This document shows positions 31,418 to 57,987 of a DNA stretch of 64,000 bases, in pieces. This DNA comes from Chrysomallon squamiferum. Its lineage: Eukaryota > Animalia > Mollusca. Within the stretch, counting starts at the first letter, position 1, and the number at the start of each line of letters is the position of its first letter. The position numbers and the translations under genes are program-made. The notes beneath the pieces are model-generated. The model had not been told where the DNA came from, searched no databases, and worked only from the letters and a program-made list of their open reading frames with translations. The stretch covers positions 27,280,001 to 27,344,000 of the forward strand of contig CM022677.1 of NCBI GenBank assembly GCA_012295275.1, read 5' to 3'.

Positions 31418-32213
31418 AGTAATAATAAAGATGTAATAAAATTAATAAAATAATTAATAAAATATAAAAAAAAATATTCAGTACATTTTTCAGTGAAATA
31501 TTAGAATTCAAACAGATTGTTGTTTTATATTTTTGATATATATTTTTTTTCGACATGAAAATAAGAGGTCACAAAGCTCCCATACCTTAATAAATTCTTT
31601 GACAGTCATCGAGGATTCCTTTATTTGTGTCTCCTAGCAACAAGGTAAAATACACAAGACAGAAAAAAGGCTACAGAGAGAGATTAGCAATAAAAAACTG
31701 TTTTACATCTTCTGAATTATTGCTAAATTCCTTTTTTTCTGATAAATTTTTTAATTTTAATTTAAGTTAGAAATATGTAAAATTTTACAAAAAGAGAAAA
31801 AAAATTATAAAAATTAAAATAAAATAATAAATAAATAAAAAAGAAAGAAAGAAATTTATGTACCATTCTATTCTTCAAATACCTGACCAATCAGTTTCTG
31901 CTCTTAACATATTATAATCTCTTCATGACTTTAACCAATCAAATTGTGTTTGTTTTTTGTCTCCTTGACCTGTTTTTTCTTCATTTATTTTTAACCAATC
32001 AGACAGTCTCCATCAAATAAATAACCAATCATATTAAACCTTTAAAATACAACTGGCCAATCAGCATCCACTTTTCTGTTTCTGTCTTTCTGCATCCATC
32101 ATAAACGTCACTGCAAGCTGTATGGTGGGTTTTGTTCCCATGGTAACCAGTGACAGCCATCTTTTAATTCCACCAATCATTAGCTGATTATTTTGATGAC
32201 TGACCAATCAGAT

Positions 32214-35200
32214 TCAAGCAGGATGGTTTAACCTCTGAAGTTCAACTTCTTCTGTTCTGGGTCTCTGAGTGTTATTTATCAGTGGTATGTTGACCACACC
32301 TACATAACAATAACAATAACAATAACAATGATAATAATAATAACAATAATAATAACGATAACAATAATAATAATGATAATATTGATAATAAAATGATAAT
32401 AAAGATTATAAAATTTCAATATAATAAAAATAAAAAGAATAATAGCAATAATAAGAAAATAAAATATAATAATTATTACATATAAAAAATATATAAATAA
32501 TAATAATAATAATAGAGGAAGAAGAAGAAGACAAGAAAATAAAGGGAAATAATAACGTTAAACATCATCTTTCTTCAAAAACAAAAATAAATTTAACCAC
32601 TGATTAAAACACTTTTCTTTTACTTCACAAACAAAACGGGCTGTGATTGGTCAGTGAGATTAAAGAACGCTACTTGCCATTGGCTGGTCTGGTTGGTGCT
32701 GGAATTTCAATGGGTGGTGGTTCTTTGTTCCTGTGTCTGTACAGCAGAACAAAACACAAAATGGCCGCAGCCAGAACAAGAATGGCAACAACAGAAAAAC
32801 CAATTATACTGAGAACTGACATGTGTGATGGGTATCCTGTAAATAATAATAATAATAATAGTAATAATAATAATAATATACAATAAAATATCAAATTAAT
32901 TTAAATTAAATATAAAAATGATGTAAAATAAGAAGTATGAAATAAAGTGAATTAGAATGTCATTTAATGACAAAATATAAAATATAAATATATAAACAAA
33001 ACTAAAATAAAATGAAAATCAAATCACATGTATGTATGTTAGTGTGTATATGTATATGGATGTTGTGTGAGTGTGTATGTGCGTTATTCATAAACATTTT
33101 TGTGTATAGAAATATATGTACCTGTGTATATTTCTGTTAATTTTAATTAACAAACTAAAATTTTAAATTTCAAAATCTTTTCACCTTCTGGCAGTTCATC
33201 CATCACCTGCAAAACAAAGGAGTTGTCAGGTTCTGCAACTCTTGAGAGATCCTCTCTGATCATTGTTAGAGTTATCCTTCCTGACGTTGAGCACCATCTA
33301 TGAGGGTTTTGTTGTTTACAAGAATAAATCTATTAAAAAAACAAAAAAAAACAAATACAAGACTTTGTTAGCATGATAATATCTTGGTATTTATCTGGAA
33401 CATGGTTTAAAGTGTATCTTTTAGTATGCTTCCATGTCATATATTTTGGGGTTTTTTTTTTGCTTATTTTAACAGTTACCAAAACCATTTACATGGTTTT
33501 GAAAATGGCTACTTTAGATGCCAGTTCAAGTGAGAAATAAATTATTATTAGTTTCAGTTTACTTGCATTTTTAATATATTATGATACTGCAACTTGACAA
33601 TGAAAAACATATTCTACACATCCATGTCTCCATTTTTAACATTTAAAAAAATCACAGATCACTTAAAATAAAGATAAAACAGATTTTAATCCATATACCC
33701 CCTAAAACCCTTGCACACGAACAGTCTGATACTTCTGTAATAATCTAAATATATTCTGCATGTACTTCCCCCCAAAAAACATTAAAAAACCCAGAAGATA
33801 CATTTGAAAAAAACACAAAAAAACACCAAAAAATGTAACAACCTAACCAACTATTAAGACCAATAAAAAAAAAAAATATCTGTTGCTATAGTAACAGACT
33901 AAACACTACTAATAACAACTGCTAACCGATATTTTTTTTTCTTTCAAAAATTTGTAACTCACGTTAGATTTGTTATTTCCATCGAAAACGTGCAGTGTGT
34001 ACGCACATTCCGACACGTGACTCGTGTAAGTGAGACACGCTGTGTAGTTCTTGTCTTGTCCGATGTACTCGAAAGTCGCTGAACAGTTCTGCGGCAAGTC
34101 TTCTGTTCCGCCATGTTGCCGATTCTTGACGGTTATGCTACTTTCCTGAAGAGGATACACACTTCCGCATGCTGAATCGAGATAAACTGAAAATATTTCA
34201 AAAAAAATAAATAAATAAATTTAATAAAAACTAGAGTTTTAAATATTTTCTTATACTTTGTTTTTTTTAATATTTCTCGAACAGCTCTTTATTTTGTTAC
34301 CTTTACAAGATGAATCAACAAAAACTAAAAATATTTAAATTTTTTTTTTTAGAAAGTTAATTAGTTAATATTAATAGAAACTGCAGATTCTTAAATATTC
34401 TCTTATATACTCTATTTTTCTTTCTCTCTGTTTATTTTATAATATTTCATGAACAGTTCATTTTGTTATCTCAACTGAATAAAAAATAAATAAATATATA
34501 ATATAAAAATAAAAATTTAATACAAATTACGGATTTGTATTTGAAACTAAACCTGACTTCCCTCTCGCTTTCTGAAATATTCCATCTCTTACATTATATT
34601 TATCTTTACCTGTTTATTTTCTAATATTTCTTGAACAGCTCCTTATTTTGTTACTTTCACTCTGCCTCATTCCTTAGTTTTTTTTCTCTTTCACAAATTG
34701 TTCTTAACTGTCACTCCTATCTCTGTTTTCTGAGTAACTCAAAATCACTCCCCATCTCTAAATATTCCCCCTCTCTCTCTCTCTCTTTCTTTCAGTCTCT
34801 GTCTACACACAAAACATTCTTATTAACATCAGTCAAAATGAAATAAAATTCACACTTCTAAAAAATAAAAAATATTTTACTAACAAAGGAAATTCTAGAA
34901 TTCTGGAAAACCTTTCTCTAACAACCTTTGCACCAAAATGTTCTTAATTATACAAAAAGGAGAGAAAAAAAGAAAAAAAAGAAAAAGAAAAAGAAATAAG
35001 AAGATAACAAGACAACATGCCAGTTCGCTTCTGCTTTGAGTTGCTGATATGTCGGATCACAGCAACAAGGTCAAGGTCTTTAACACTCGGATGTTTCGCT
35101 TGAGTGAACAACTGTAACATCATGTAACGATCTGATGTACACCACTCAACAGGTAAACCAACTGTGTTGTTACAGGTAAACGTCTGAAATCAGAAACACT

Positions 35201-36227
35201 AGTAATAACAATAATAATAATAAATAATAATAATAAATAATAATAAATAATAATGACAATAATAATAGTAATAACAACTACAACGATGACAACAACAACA
35301 AAAATACATAGTAATATTTGTAATAACAACATCAGTAATAAATAATGAAAACAGAAACAAAAAATAACAATAAAATAATAAAAAACACAACAAAAACAAC
35401 AAATAACAATAAAATAATAAAAAAAAACAATAACAATAACGATAATGATAATAATGAAGATGATGACAATAATAATAATTATAACAGTATTTCTATTAAC
35501 AATAATTAATATTAACAACAGCAATAATGATGATGATAGTGATGATAAAAATAAAGAAATGATAAACTTATATAAAGATGAAGATGATAATCGTAACAGC
35601 ATTATGTGTGAGGGAGAGTGTGTGTGTAACAGACAGGGAGCCAGAAAGACAGAGAGACAGAAAGACAGAGAGAAAGAGAGAGAAAGAAAGAGAAAGCGAG
35701 AAAAAGAGAGTGAGATGTTGGGGGCAATATCTGCATAAACATTCACGAATGACTGGGTACACATACACACACATACACACACAAAACACAATCAGACACA
35801 TATAAAAAATATTTTTTAAAACAAATCTAACTCTAGTTTCTTCCTTGGTCACAGTCAGTGAGTTGTGGAGCTTCAGTTCGATGTTGCAGTTTTTAAACTT
35901 CAGTCTCAGGATTTGAACACACAGCCTCCCGTCCACGTCTTCGGCTTTGAAAGTGAGCGTGCACTGTGGCAGCGCTCTCGTTGAAATGAAATATTTCTCT
36001 TCCTCCTCCAGGACAACCTCGTCTTCTCTCCTCACCTCAAACGTTTTGTCACAGTTTATGTAAGTGTCCAAGTATACTGGGTTAGACAGAGAGAGAAAGA
36101 GAGAACAAACAATGAAAGAATGAATTTTAGTTTTATGCGTTCAAGTATATTAAACTAAAGAGATACTGAAAGAAGAATGAATTAATTTTGTATGTTTCCA
36201 TGTATAATATCTATTTATTTGTCTATC

Positions 36228-36317
<90 letters not shown>

Positions 36318-36549
36318 GCTCTTGTTCAATCAATAATTAACCAATCTATCTATAATCAATACATTTTAATTTTAATATATGCGTGTTGAAGCGACATGTG
36401 ACACATACATAGATAAACATACAACCAAACCAACAAGCAAATAAGTAAATAAACTTACAAATCCGTGTTTTTGCTTGACAGTTTTTGGATGTAATTACTA
36501 TGACAGCAACAAGAATGAAAATCAAATTCCCAACTGTAACAGACGTCAT
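32214..36549 (-). CDS. Uncharacterised type I membrane protein: signal peptide, two tandem CUB-like domains, TM helix, Pro-rich tail (370 aa)
   Basis: Exons 36549-36459 (signal peptide MTSVTVGNLIFILVAVIVITSKNCQA), 36076-35832, 35183-35021, 34186-33963, 33329-33185, 32836-32678 (TM IIGFSVVAILVLAAAILCFVLLY then RHRNK), 32299-32214; 1113 nt, phases 1,0,1,0,1,1. Two parallel repeats: YLD..C...CTLTF...LC...C..L...TFTC...WCTS and YLD..C...CSATF...AC...C..L...IYSC...WCST. The CUB-like call is from Cys/beta-strand pattern, not a profile search. Confidence 0.8.
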
Positions 36550-36741
36550 CCTGGACAATCTAAAATAGATGAAGTCTAGGATAATAACAACAAAAGCAAA
36601 AAGTAACAGTAACATTAAAATTAATGATGATGATATATATGTAATATAAATAATAATAACAATAATGATAATAATAATAGTTGTAGCATTAGTAGTATTA
36701 CTATTACTACTAGTAGTAGTGGTTGTGATAGCAGTTAAAGA

Positions 36742-36780
<39 letters not shown>

Positions 36781-37460
36781 ATTTATATCTGTTGTATTAA
36801 CAACAAATAAATAATTAAACACTGGCATTATATTTAGTTTTCCTGTATAAGTCTTTAAATCTTTCTTTTTTTTAAATATAATGTGGCTGTTATACTGCCA
36901 TTTGAAATTTTCAAAAATCCTGCGTCTACGAGTATCGAAAAAGAAAACCATGTCATTCTCTTATTCATTTTCAAGACTTCGTAACTTGTTAACTACGTAC
37001 ATTGTAAATTGTCAGGCTTATATTTTAAATTCATAGATCATGCTATTTTAATTCAAGGCCAGTTTATTATGCTATACTTACAAACCAGGCTGTTTATTGC
37101 TGTGATAAAGAAAGACAGAGCAGTGGGTGATTTTGTAAATTGTTTTAAAACTATCACGTTCGGAACAAGCTCGGCACTGTGACCTGATTCTTCGTTATTT
37201 GCTACGCTTTACATCGTACGTTGAAACAGGATGCATATGAGCGATCGTAGATTAACAGTCAATTCGTAAACAAAAACAGTTATTGGTTATCTGCCCTTAC
37301 ATTTATTTTTAGTTGAACATAGGAGAAATAAATAAATTTAAAAAAACAGCAGGAGCAAAAATCATAAATAAATGAAAATAAACGAATGAATTAATTAATT
37401 AATTAAGGAATAAATAAATAAACGTTTAAACAGATATTTTTCCAATGATTAGCCTATGTA

Positions 37461-37941
37461 CAGTTGACCCTCGATTTCACGGACAAATGGGGAGGGGGGA
37501 GAAGCACCGATCTGCATAATTCAAAAGTCCTGGAAATCGCGAATGTAAACATTAACCCTAAACTTTACCGAACTGTTAAACACCAGTACACGCAACAGCT
37601 ATGTAATACAGTAAGAAAATAATGTAAAGACGATAAACAAACATGTAAACAAAACAAATGAAGAAAAATGTACTATAGAAAAATGTAGGTTACATTAGGT
37701 GAAGTTTGTTAGGTTGGGATGCTTATGGGGGGGGAATTGCAAAATTTACTCTTAACATAACGGAAAGGGGGTTGAAAGGGGGTTGCCGTGGTCGTATTGT
37801 GGGACTCAGAATAACTTAGTCGTAACTAGAGGTAATGGTTTCAAGTGGGAGGTGGCGGTAGATTCAAATTTTGTCATATTGGACCGGAATTCCCGAAATC
37901 AGGAAAAAACGAGAGATATGTGAAATCGAAGGTGCCAACTC
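37461..37941. mobile_element. pogo/Tigger-like MITE
   Basis: Left end TA-CAGTTGACCCTCGATTTCAC; right end GTGAAATCGAAGGTGCCAACT is an imperfect inverted copy. Confidence 0.55.
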
Positions 37942-38099
37942 CTTGAGTGTATGCCCCAAAGATTTAAGTATATGGCCTAGTACTGACAAATATTATGAGT
38001 AAGGAAGATATTTTGAACACGTCAATACAGATGAAACATAAAATAAACACTTTGTTCGATTTAAATATAAATCGCCCAAATTTATTAAGTTCTTTTCTC

Positions 38100-38167
38100 T
38101 GATTGGATGCCCCCCATTTGGATGTCCGGGGCCACCGCCCCTTCAGTCCCCCTTCTACACGTCACTG
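38100..38167. mobile_element. GC-rich terminus of a probable non-autonomous DNA transposon, next to the NOX5 relic exon
   Basis: TGGATGTCCGGGGCCACCGCCCC...CTACACGTCACTG resembles CAGTGGCGT-type MITE ends; the other end was not found. Confidence 0.35.
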
Positions 38168-38190
38168 TTCTTCTTTCAATTTGGTTTCAG

Positions 38191-38363
38191 CTTTAATGTC
38201 TGCGTCATACAACAACGTCACAATCGCCGAGTTTATCTTCACGACGAAAGGTAATTTCGGATGGATGTATGGATTAACCCCTGACTGGTGTCATTCTGTT
38301 TGTTATTCTGGGATGATCTGTGTATGTTCAATGGCATTCGAGCGCCTATCCGGGCACTTTCAG
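38191..38363 (+). pseudogene. Isolated, inverted, decayed copy of NOX5 exon 7
   Basis: Aligns along its length to the reverse complement of 52128-52300 (shared GCCGAGTTTATCTTCACGACGAAAG, TGGATGTATGG, TCCGGGCACTTTCAG). Acceptor TTTCAG retained, donor GT lost (ATGAAG vs GTAAGG), and +3/-2/-1 indels. Confidence 0.88.
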
Positions 38364-38632
38364 ATGAAGATAAAATGTTTTTTTTAATAATCGCTACCAT
38401 TATTTATAGTGACCCACAACCAGAGAAATAATACGCCAAATATGAAAATGATGACATACGTCAGTTTAATTTTACGCTTATGTATTTTTTATCACAGCAT
38501 AAATATAACAATTAATGAATGAATTTATTTATTTATATTTATAGTTATTAATTAATTAATTAATTTATTTATTACTTTATTATTTTCTTTCTTTCTTTCT
38601 TATTATTTTTTCTTCTTTTTTTAAGGAAAAAA

Positions 38633-38664
<32 letters not shown>

Positions 38665-39591
38665 AACATTTATATTTAATACCTGTCTTATTATACTCAC
38701 TAATAAATATTATAATAAAATATTTTCTAGTGAGCGCACCTTCTCAATGATTCTTGTTGTTGTTTTTGTTATTATTATTATTGTTGTTGTTCTTTTCTTC
38801 TTTGACAGAGAGAGAGTAACAGAAACGTAGACAGAGGGCGATACTGTTACCATGGAAATGACGTCAACAGTTGTTTGACGTCGAGTATGAAAGTAACAAC
38901 GAAGATGGAATGTTAAAGAATTGCTTATTTGTAAACTAGGTAAATAGAAATTGTTTCTAAAATTAGAAAGAGTATATCTGTTATGTGAGTATAACACACG
39001 AACAGCACCCGTAAGGCTTTAATATTTAGAATACTGTAGTTCTACACTGTCATTGTTGTATATAACAAAAATTGTCTGTTTTCAATGATTTGCAGGTATC
39101 GAAAATATCTGTTAATTCGATCTCAAAACGATTAATTTTTATAGCTAGACTGAGATAAGCCTGCAGTGCGGAATGTACTGAAGTAACCGATCGAACGGGC
39201 CCACCGTTCAGGCAGTTGAACTCGCGCAATTTAAATTTACGTAATTTGAAAAGTCATGGACAGGTGATTTCCGTCAAGGTATAGCATTCTTTGATATAAG
39301 TTTATTTTTAAATGCATAATTTACGCTCTGTATGTTTTAAAAAGTAAGATCTGCTGTTTCTTTCACCAAAGCATTATAAAACTGAGCCAAAGCTTCCACG
39401 TCCCATTTTAAAACGGTGATCGACAAATTCGTACCTATTTTTATAACGTCACATGTCACACGTGCCCCCAATAATTATTTGTTGACATTTCCTTTTGAAT
39501 AAAACAAACCTCTGCCACTTCATTATTTTTATGTTCACGATATAATAATAATAATAATAATAACAATAATAATAATAACAATAACAATAAA

Positions 39592-39671
<80 letters not shown>

Positions 39672-39876
39672 CAACAACCACAACAACAACAACAACAATA
39701 ATAATGATAATGTGCAAGTAATATAATGACTGTAATAACAATTCAAGTTATTGTTTAATAAAAAAGATTTCAAAATAGGATTATATTAATAAACCAGGAA
39801 ACTAATGCAAATGAGAAATATCTCAGATTGATTACTTAGGTAAAAATAATAGTTTAAAAAACCCATTCTCTAGTCA

Positions 39877-39979
<103 letters not shown>

Positions 39980-40612
39980 CTTCTTCTTCTTCTTCTTCTT
40001 TTCTTCTTCTTCTTCTTCTTCTTCTTCTTATCATTATTATTATTACAATTAATATCATTATTATTACTTTTGTTGTTGTTATTGTCATCATGAAGATGAT
40101 CATCATTATTTTAACTTGTTTTTTATTGTTGTTATTTTAAGTTAGATCACAATTTAAGGCTTATGTATTTTTATTTTCAGCAATAGTTGTTATTACTTTA
40201 CAGTTTAGTTAATTTTATTATTACCTATAATCTCTATGATGATCATTATTTATTTATTCATTTACATGCTTGTTTATTTGTTTATTTATTTATTTGCTTA
40301 TTTATTTATTTACTTGTTTATTAATTTGTTTATTTATCTATTTGTTTATTTATTTATTTGCTTATTTATTTATTTATCTATTTATTTATTTGCTTATTTA
40401 TTTATTTATTTAATTGCTTATTTATTTATTTATTTATCTATTTGTTTATTTATTTATATATTTATTTGCTTATTTACACATCTTTTTAAATTTATTTTCA
40501 ATATTCACTAACCCATAATGTATAAATAAATATAATTATGTAATTATATAAAATTAATATTTTATTACAAAAGTAATTTTTTTTAAAAATTTTTATTTTA
40601 TAGTCAAGAAGT

Positions 40613-44939
<4,327 letters not shown>

Positions 44940-45023
44940 CAGAGAAAATAAATAATAATAATAAAAATTCAAAAAATAATTTTAAAATTTTAAAATAATC
45001 ATTTAAAAAGTCCACAACAACAA

Positions 45024-45117
<94 letters not shown>

Positions 45118-45986
45118 CAACAACAATAATAATAGAAGAACTAAAAATAATAATAAGAGCAATTAATGATGATAATAATAATTTAAGAAACCAAAATAAG
45201 CAAATACATAATGCAAAAATAATGATAAAAATAAACATTGTGACATTCTTGTTCTGATAGGAACCACGTATTAAATTACAGTTATTTACATATCAAATAT
45301 ATATTGTATATATATATACAAACTATGGTTGCTATTACAGTTAAACATATAATTATTCAAGTAATTTATTTACTTTTTTCCTTTTGTTTACTGTTAATTT
45401 TCTTCTTAATGCCTCATATTTATATTTATAATGGTCGTCAATAGCAACATCATTGTGTACATATCTCATTTACGTGTTCAGTTTGTAATTTATAAAGCTT
45501 TAAACAAGATATCTAACTTGACCATTCCATCATTGTTTTGTGCATTGTATTGTTACTATGGTAACCAAGTATTCAATTGTAAGATCAATATATATCATAA
45601 CTTTCTGTATTTTATTGGGTGTGTATGTGTGTGTGTGAATGTGTGTGTGTGTGTGTGTGAGCATGTATTTGTGTGTGAGTATGTATGTGTGTGTGTGTGT
45701 GTGAGTATGTATGTGTGTGTGTGTGTGAGTATGTATGGGTGAGAGAGAAAGGAGAGATATAAAGTGTATAAGTGAATGTAAATAAGTGTGAAATAAAATT
45801 AATTGTTTCAATTTATTTACTTTTTGTAAAGAAAATAAATTTTTATAATCTTTTTTATGCATTTTTCTTCTGTTTTTTTTATTTTTTTTTTTGTTTTCAG
45901 TCCGTGATAATATTTGATATAAATTTATCAATATCTTCAGGTAATTTCTTTAAACAAATATTGATTTATTTTTTAATTAATTAATT

Positions 45987-46046
<60 letters not shown>

Positions 46047-46351
46047 TATTATTATTATTATTATTAATTATTATTAGTTAGTATTATGGTAATACAAGTT
46101 TTTTCGTTCAAGAGTCTTGTTTACCTTTTTTATTTCACTTATTTATTTATTTACTTGCTTGTTTTTTAGATTTGTTAATCTAATATCAGATGAAAAACAA
46201 AAAAAGTAACTTTCGATTTTTAAAAACATTTTTAATGTCCAATAAAAAAGAGCAAAATGATTATTATTTTTACAGTGACTATTATACATTATAGTACAAG
46301 TTACATTTTCATTTATATAATTTAATATAAAAATATTTGTTTACAAGTATC

Positions 46352-46396
<45 letters not shown>

Positions 46397-46942
46397 CATT
46401 CATATACATAGATATATATACACACTTTCTCTCGTACTCCATACTCACAGATATATGTACATAAAGATATATTTACAAACAGACGTACTAGTCATTAGAT
46501 ACACATACGCGCATACACAAACACACGCACGCACACAACACATCAATCAAATGTGATATTTATATTTTAAACAGCTCTTCTTCACTCTGTGTTTTATAAA
46601 ACTTTGATATTTTCATATATTTTTGTGATCATTTAATTTCATATCAGTCATTTTCGTACTGCTGTTTGACATTCAGAATCATTTCGATTTAATTCTGAAT
46701 TCGTTTTAAAAATATTTTAGTTGCAGAATTTTACTATTAATTAGACTGTGACACATTAATATTTGCACAGCTCATTAAACTGTGTTTTAATTAAATTTAA
46801 AAAATTTATATATAAAGTAATCATCTTATTTGTATTTACAATTTTGCTTAGAGACACGGAAAGAAGATACGTTTTTTGTGATGGAGTGTCATTAATTAAT
46901 TAATTCATTCTTTCATTCATTCATTCATTCATTCATTCATTC

Positions 46943-46990
<48 letters not shown>

Positions 46991-47060
46991 ACATTCTACA
47001 ACAACAACAACAACCACAACAAAAAGAGACAAATTCTGGGGTGTTTTTTTTTACGTTAAG

Positions 47061-56113
<9,053 letters not shown>

Positions 56114-56484
56114 CTTAGAGTCTGGAAGTCTAGAATGAATGAATGAATGAATGAATGAATGAATGAATGAATGAATGGATGGATGAATGAATGAATGAAT
56201 GAATGAATGGATGGATGGATGAATAAAGAATAAGAAGAAGAAGAAGAATAATAAGAAGAAGAAGAAGAAGAAGAAGGGGAAGAAAAAGAAGAACAAAAAA
56301 AAATAACAACGACATATAAATAAATAGATCATTAACAATAACAAAAACAATACAATAAAATAAATAAATAAATAAATAAAAAACGAATAAACACGAAAAA
56401 CATAAAAAACATAAAAACGACAGAAAACGACTGAAACACGCACAGACGCACACTAATAGTTAAATACAGACACCTACAACCATA

Positions 56485-57191
56485 TAGTGGTACCTTGACG
56501 TACGATTGCCCCCAAATTTCCGAGTTACGAGCAGTAGCTTCGAATTTGTTTTGAGTTTCCGAGTTACGAGCGAGTTTCAGAAACGCCGCCGCTAGTTGGC
56601 GCAACAAACAACACAACATCCAGCCAGCATCCCGCGTCTCACTTGTTTGTTTCTCGTGGTTAGATCGCCGCGGAACCATCTCTGTTGTGTTGTGTTCATG
56701 TTTTGTGCAGTATTTTGACAAATTTCTTTTTTCTGACCATTAATCGTAAGAAAGAGAGTGCAAAGGACAGTGCTGAGAAGAAGAAGCTGATGATGTCCAT
56801 TGAATTAAAGCACGAAAACACAGAAAAACATGCGTGTAGTGGACTTGGCTAGGCAGTACGAACATACCGACACAGAAGGAGTCGATAAAGGCTGTAACTC
56901 CAACCAAAGGCGTTAAAATAATTTGTCTGATCTCCAAGATAAATACACTTTACAAAACCAATTTATTTCAATACATTCTCTTTTATTTTGTTCTTTATAC
57001 AATATTTATAATGTATAAATACATTTTTATTATTTAGAAACACACACAAAAAAAACAATTGGGTGGTTTTGGGCAGCTGGAATGCATTAATGGCATTTCA
57101 GTTAATTTCAATGTGGAAAATTGATTTGATATACGAACAAATTGAGTTACGAGCTCAGTCAAGGAACGAATTAAACTCGTAAAATAAGGTA

Positions 57192-57196
<5 letters not shown>
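56485..57196. mobile_element. pogo/Tigger-like (Tc1-mariner superfamily) non-autonomous element upstream of the NOX5 start
   Basis: Degenerate TIRs TA-TAGTGGTACCTTGACGTACGA ... CTCGTAAAATAAGGTACC-TA; internal repeated GAGTTACGAGC near both ends, plus a GGAACGAATTAAACTCGT subterminal motif typical of such MITEs. Confidence 0.65.
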
Positions 57197-57245
<49 letters not shown>

Positions 57246-57691
57246 CATACACACACAGACACACACACACACACACACTCACATACGTACATACATTAAA
57301 CACACATTTATTTATTTATTTATTCATTTAACAGACACATATATTCACGTACATACGTATAGACACAAGCGTACTTATAAACACATCAAAGAACACACAC
57401 TAATCTATAAACATGTATTACTAATTCGCGGAAAGTAATTCAAGGCAGTGTAGAAATACTTTTATTGTTATTTTCCGCGAATTAAACGCCCCCCCACTCT
57501 ATAATTAACTTGTAATTGTTTCATAAGCTGTTGTTTAGTGTCTGTTACGAATCATTAGCACACATGTGTAGACGTAGCGACACGTGACGTAACAATGCAC
57601 CAACGTCACAGCCGTCTGACGTCTGGTACATATCTGTGTTGTGAAGATTGGTTTGTTATCATCATTATTATTATCATTATTATTATTATTA

Positions 57692-57728
<37 letters not shown>

Positions 57729-57911
57729 ATTATTATTTATTTATTTATTTATTTATTTATTATTATTTTTTTATATTACTACTACTATTATTCTTATTAT
57801 TCTTATTCTTCTTATTATTATTATTTATACATCTGCCTATTATTATTATTATTTATTATTTTATTTATTATTATTTTTTACATTACTATTATTATTATGA
57901 TTATATTTTTA

Positions 57912-57987
<76 letters not shown>

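Noticed and set aside
56332-56937. ORFs upstream of NOX5 as extra coding exons
   Set aside because: They lie largely inside the Tigger-like element and show no NOX or transposase similarity.
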